Shown here one piece after another: positions 50,234 through 51,539 of a DNA stretch of 51,539 nt. Under the pieces are notes generated by a model. That model made no database searches, was not told the DNA's origin, and saw only the letters and a program-made list of their open reading frames with translations. Numbering within the stretch: position 1 is the first letter of the stretch; every line of letters starts with the position of its first letter. Source of the DNA: Callorhinchus milii (lineage: Eukaryota); assembly GCF_018977255.1 (NCBI RefSeq), contig NW_024705364.1:1-51539 (forward strand), in the 5' to 3' direction. Position numbers and translations under genes: made by a program.

Positions 50234-51274
50234 CTACGCACCACCAAAAACAAAGATCCCCCTTGTACTCTACTGTTGAGGCAAGTGCTGTTAGCTAGCA
50301 CCGAAGGCTGGCATGGCAGATGAGGCAGTGTGACCAGCGCTGCACTCCACCACACTCGGAGACATGCACACACAGGCATGCGCACACACGCAGGCACACG
50401 TCCACACAGGAACCTCCTTGCCCACCCTGGGTTGCCTTGCTGCTGGCAAAACACTGAATGTGCTGCTGCATCATATCCACATGACAGCAAGGGGCTCCTC
50501 AAGGACTTAAATGGACAAGGCTCAATTATTGCAACTCACTACTCTACGGGACGTCTGGAAAAATATTAGCAAGCTGCAGCAAGTACAAACCGCTTTTGGC
50601 ATGAGTCATGACGGGTACTGCAAAATCCGACCATGTCCTGGTGCTCGCTGAGTTGAATTGGGTTCCAGTTGCTGAACGAATACATTCTAAGATTGCACTC
50701 TTCACATACAAAGTGCTTGCCACAAATGAACCACAATATCTTGCCGATCTTGTCAAGGAGCATAAACCGTGACAGAAAGGCCATTCATCCTCTCAGCGAC
50801 TTTTGGCAAGCCATCAAACAAAAATGGTGCCTGCATCACGCGCCTTCATATGCGCTTCCATGGCCATCTGGAACGCTCTTCCTTCTGATATTAGGAAGCC
50901 AAGTGAGCTATGCACTTTTAAATCTAGATTGAAATGCAATTTCTTTAGAATTGCATTTTGTGTTTAGTTTGTTATCCTTCCTCCATACTTCCAATGAGTA
51001 CAATTGGCTACGGAGGTGCGAAAGAAGTTCAACATACATACATAAACTCAATGATGACCACGATGTATAGGCATCCCTCGTGTAACGCGCCTGCCCCCAT
51101 GACCCCCCCTCCCTCCCCCCATAGCACGAATTCTAAGTAACGCGATTACGTAATCTTTTAGGGCATACTTCACACTTATGCTCTGCGTTTCAGTTACCCA
51201 CGCAAGAAAAAAAACTTTAATAATTGTCAAAATTTTTCCAAAAATAATAATTCTATACAAATTCTAAGTCAAAT

Positions 51275-51539
51275 ATTATATTCTTTGAGTCTTTCAGTAA
51301 AGTCTCGTAGATAGGTTCCAAGAAAATAACAAAAAAATAACAAAAAACTACGACATTTCGATCACAACACAAGCGATCGTCATCTTTTTTCCTTCTGATG
51401 ACGATCGCTTGTGTTGTGATCGAAACGTCGTTTTTTTTGTTATTTTTTTGTTATTTTCTTTGAACCTATCTACGTGACTTTACCGAAAGACTCAAAAAAT
51501 ATGAATTCCTGCAGTCACGAAAGCTTTAAGTCAAGATTT
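51275..51539. repeat. Head-to-head inverted PLE pseudo-LTR pair with hammerhead core
   Basis: 51278-51384 is the reverse complement of ~51397-51502; CTGATGA at 51395-51401 and GAAACGTC at 51422-51429. Confidence 0.85.

Overview
Eukaryotic, repeat-rich vertebrate DNA. A lamprey origin is inferred, not proven, from the GC3-rich Ras exons, a teleost-type Tc1, V-SINEs and Penelope repeats. The window has three parts. (1) 1-13092 is a transposon nest: a young Ty3/Gypsy LTR retrotransposon lacking protease and inserted into a Penelope hammerhead motif, a full-length Tc1 with ~200-bp TIRs, a minisatellite-bearing Helitron and Penelope-like (PLE) fragments. (2) A 30-N gap is followed by ~20.9 kb (13123-~33997) that looks statistically random, with no repeats, no low-complexity tracts, no recognisable ORFs and no CpG/TpA depletion visible by eye. 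It is most likely artefactual or synthetic, and I found no biological system in it. (3) ~34000-51539 holds a complete four-coding-exon HRAS-like gene on the minus strand (188 aa, CVLS CAAX). Its introns contain a decayed RTE-X-like LINE, a Helitron, a 3.8-kb palindromic Penelope insertion with minimal hammerhead ribozyme motifs, and a 386-bp TSD-flanked, terminally redundant, highly structured insert (310-nt unit). That insert is the best candidate for something undescribed.
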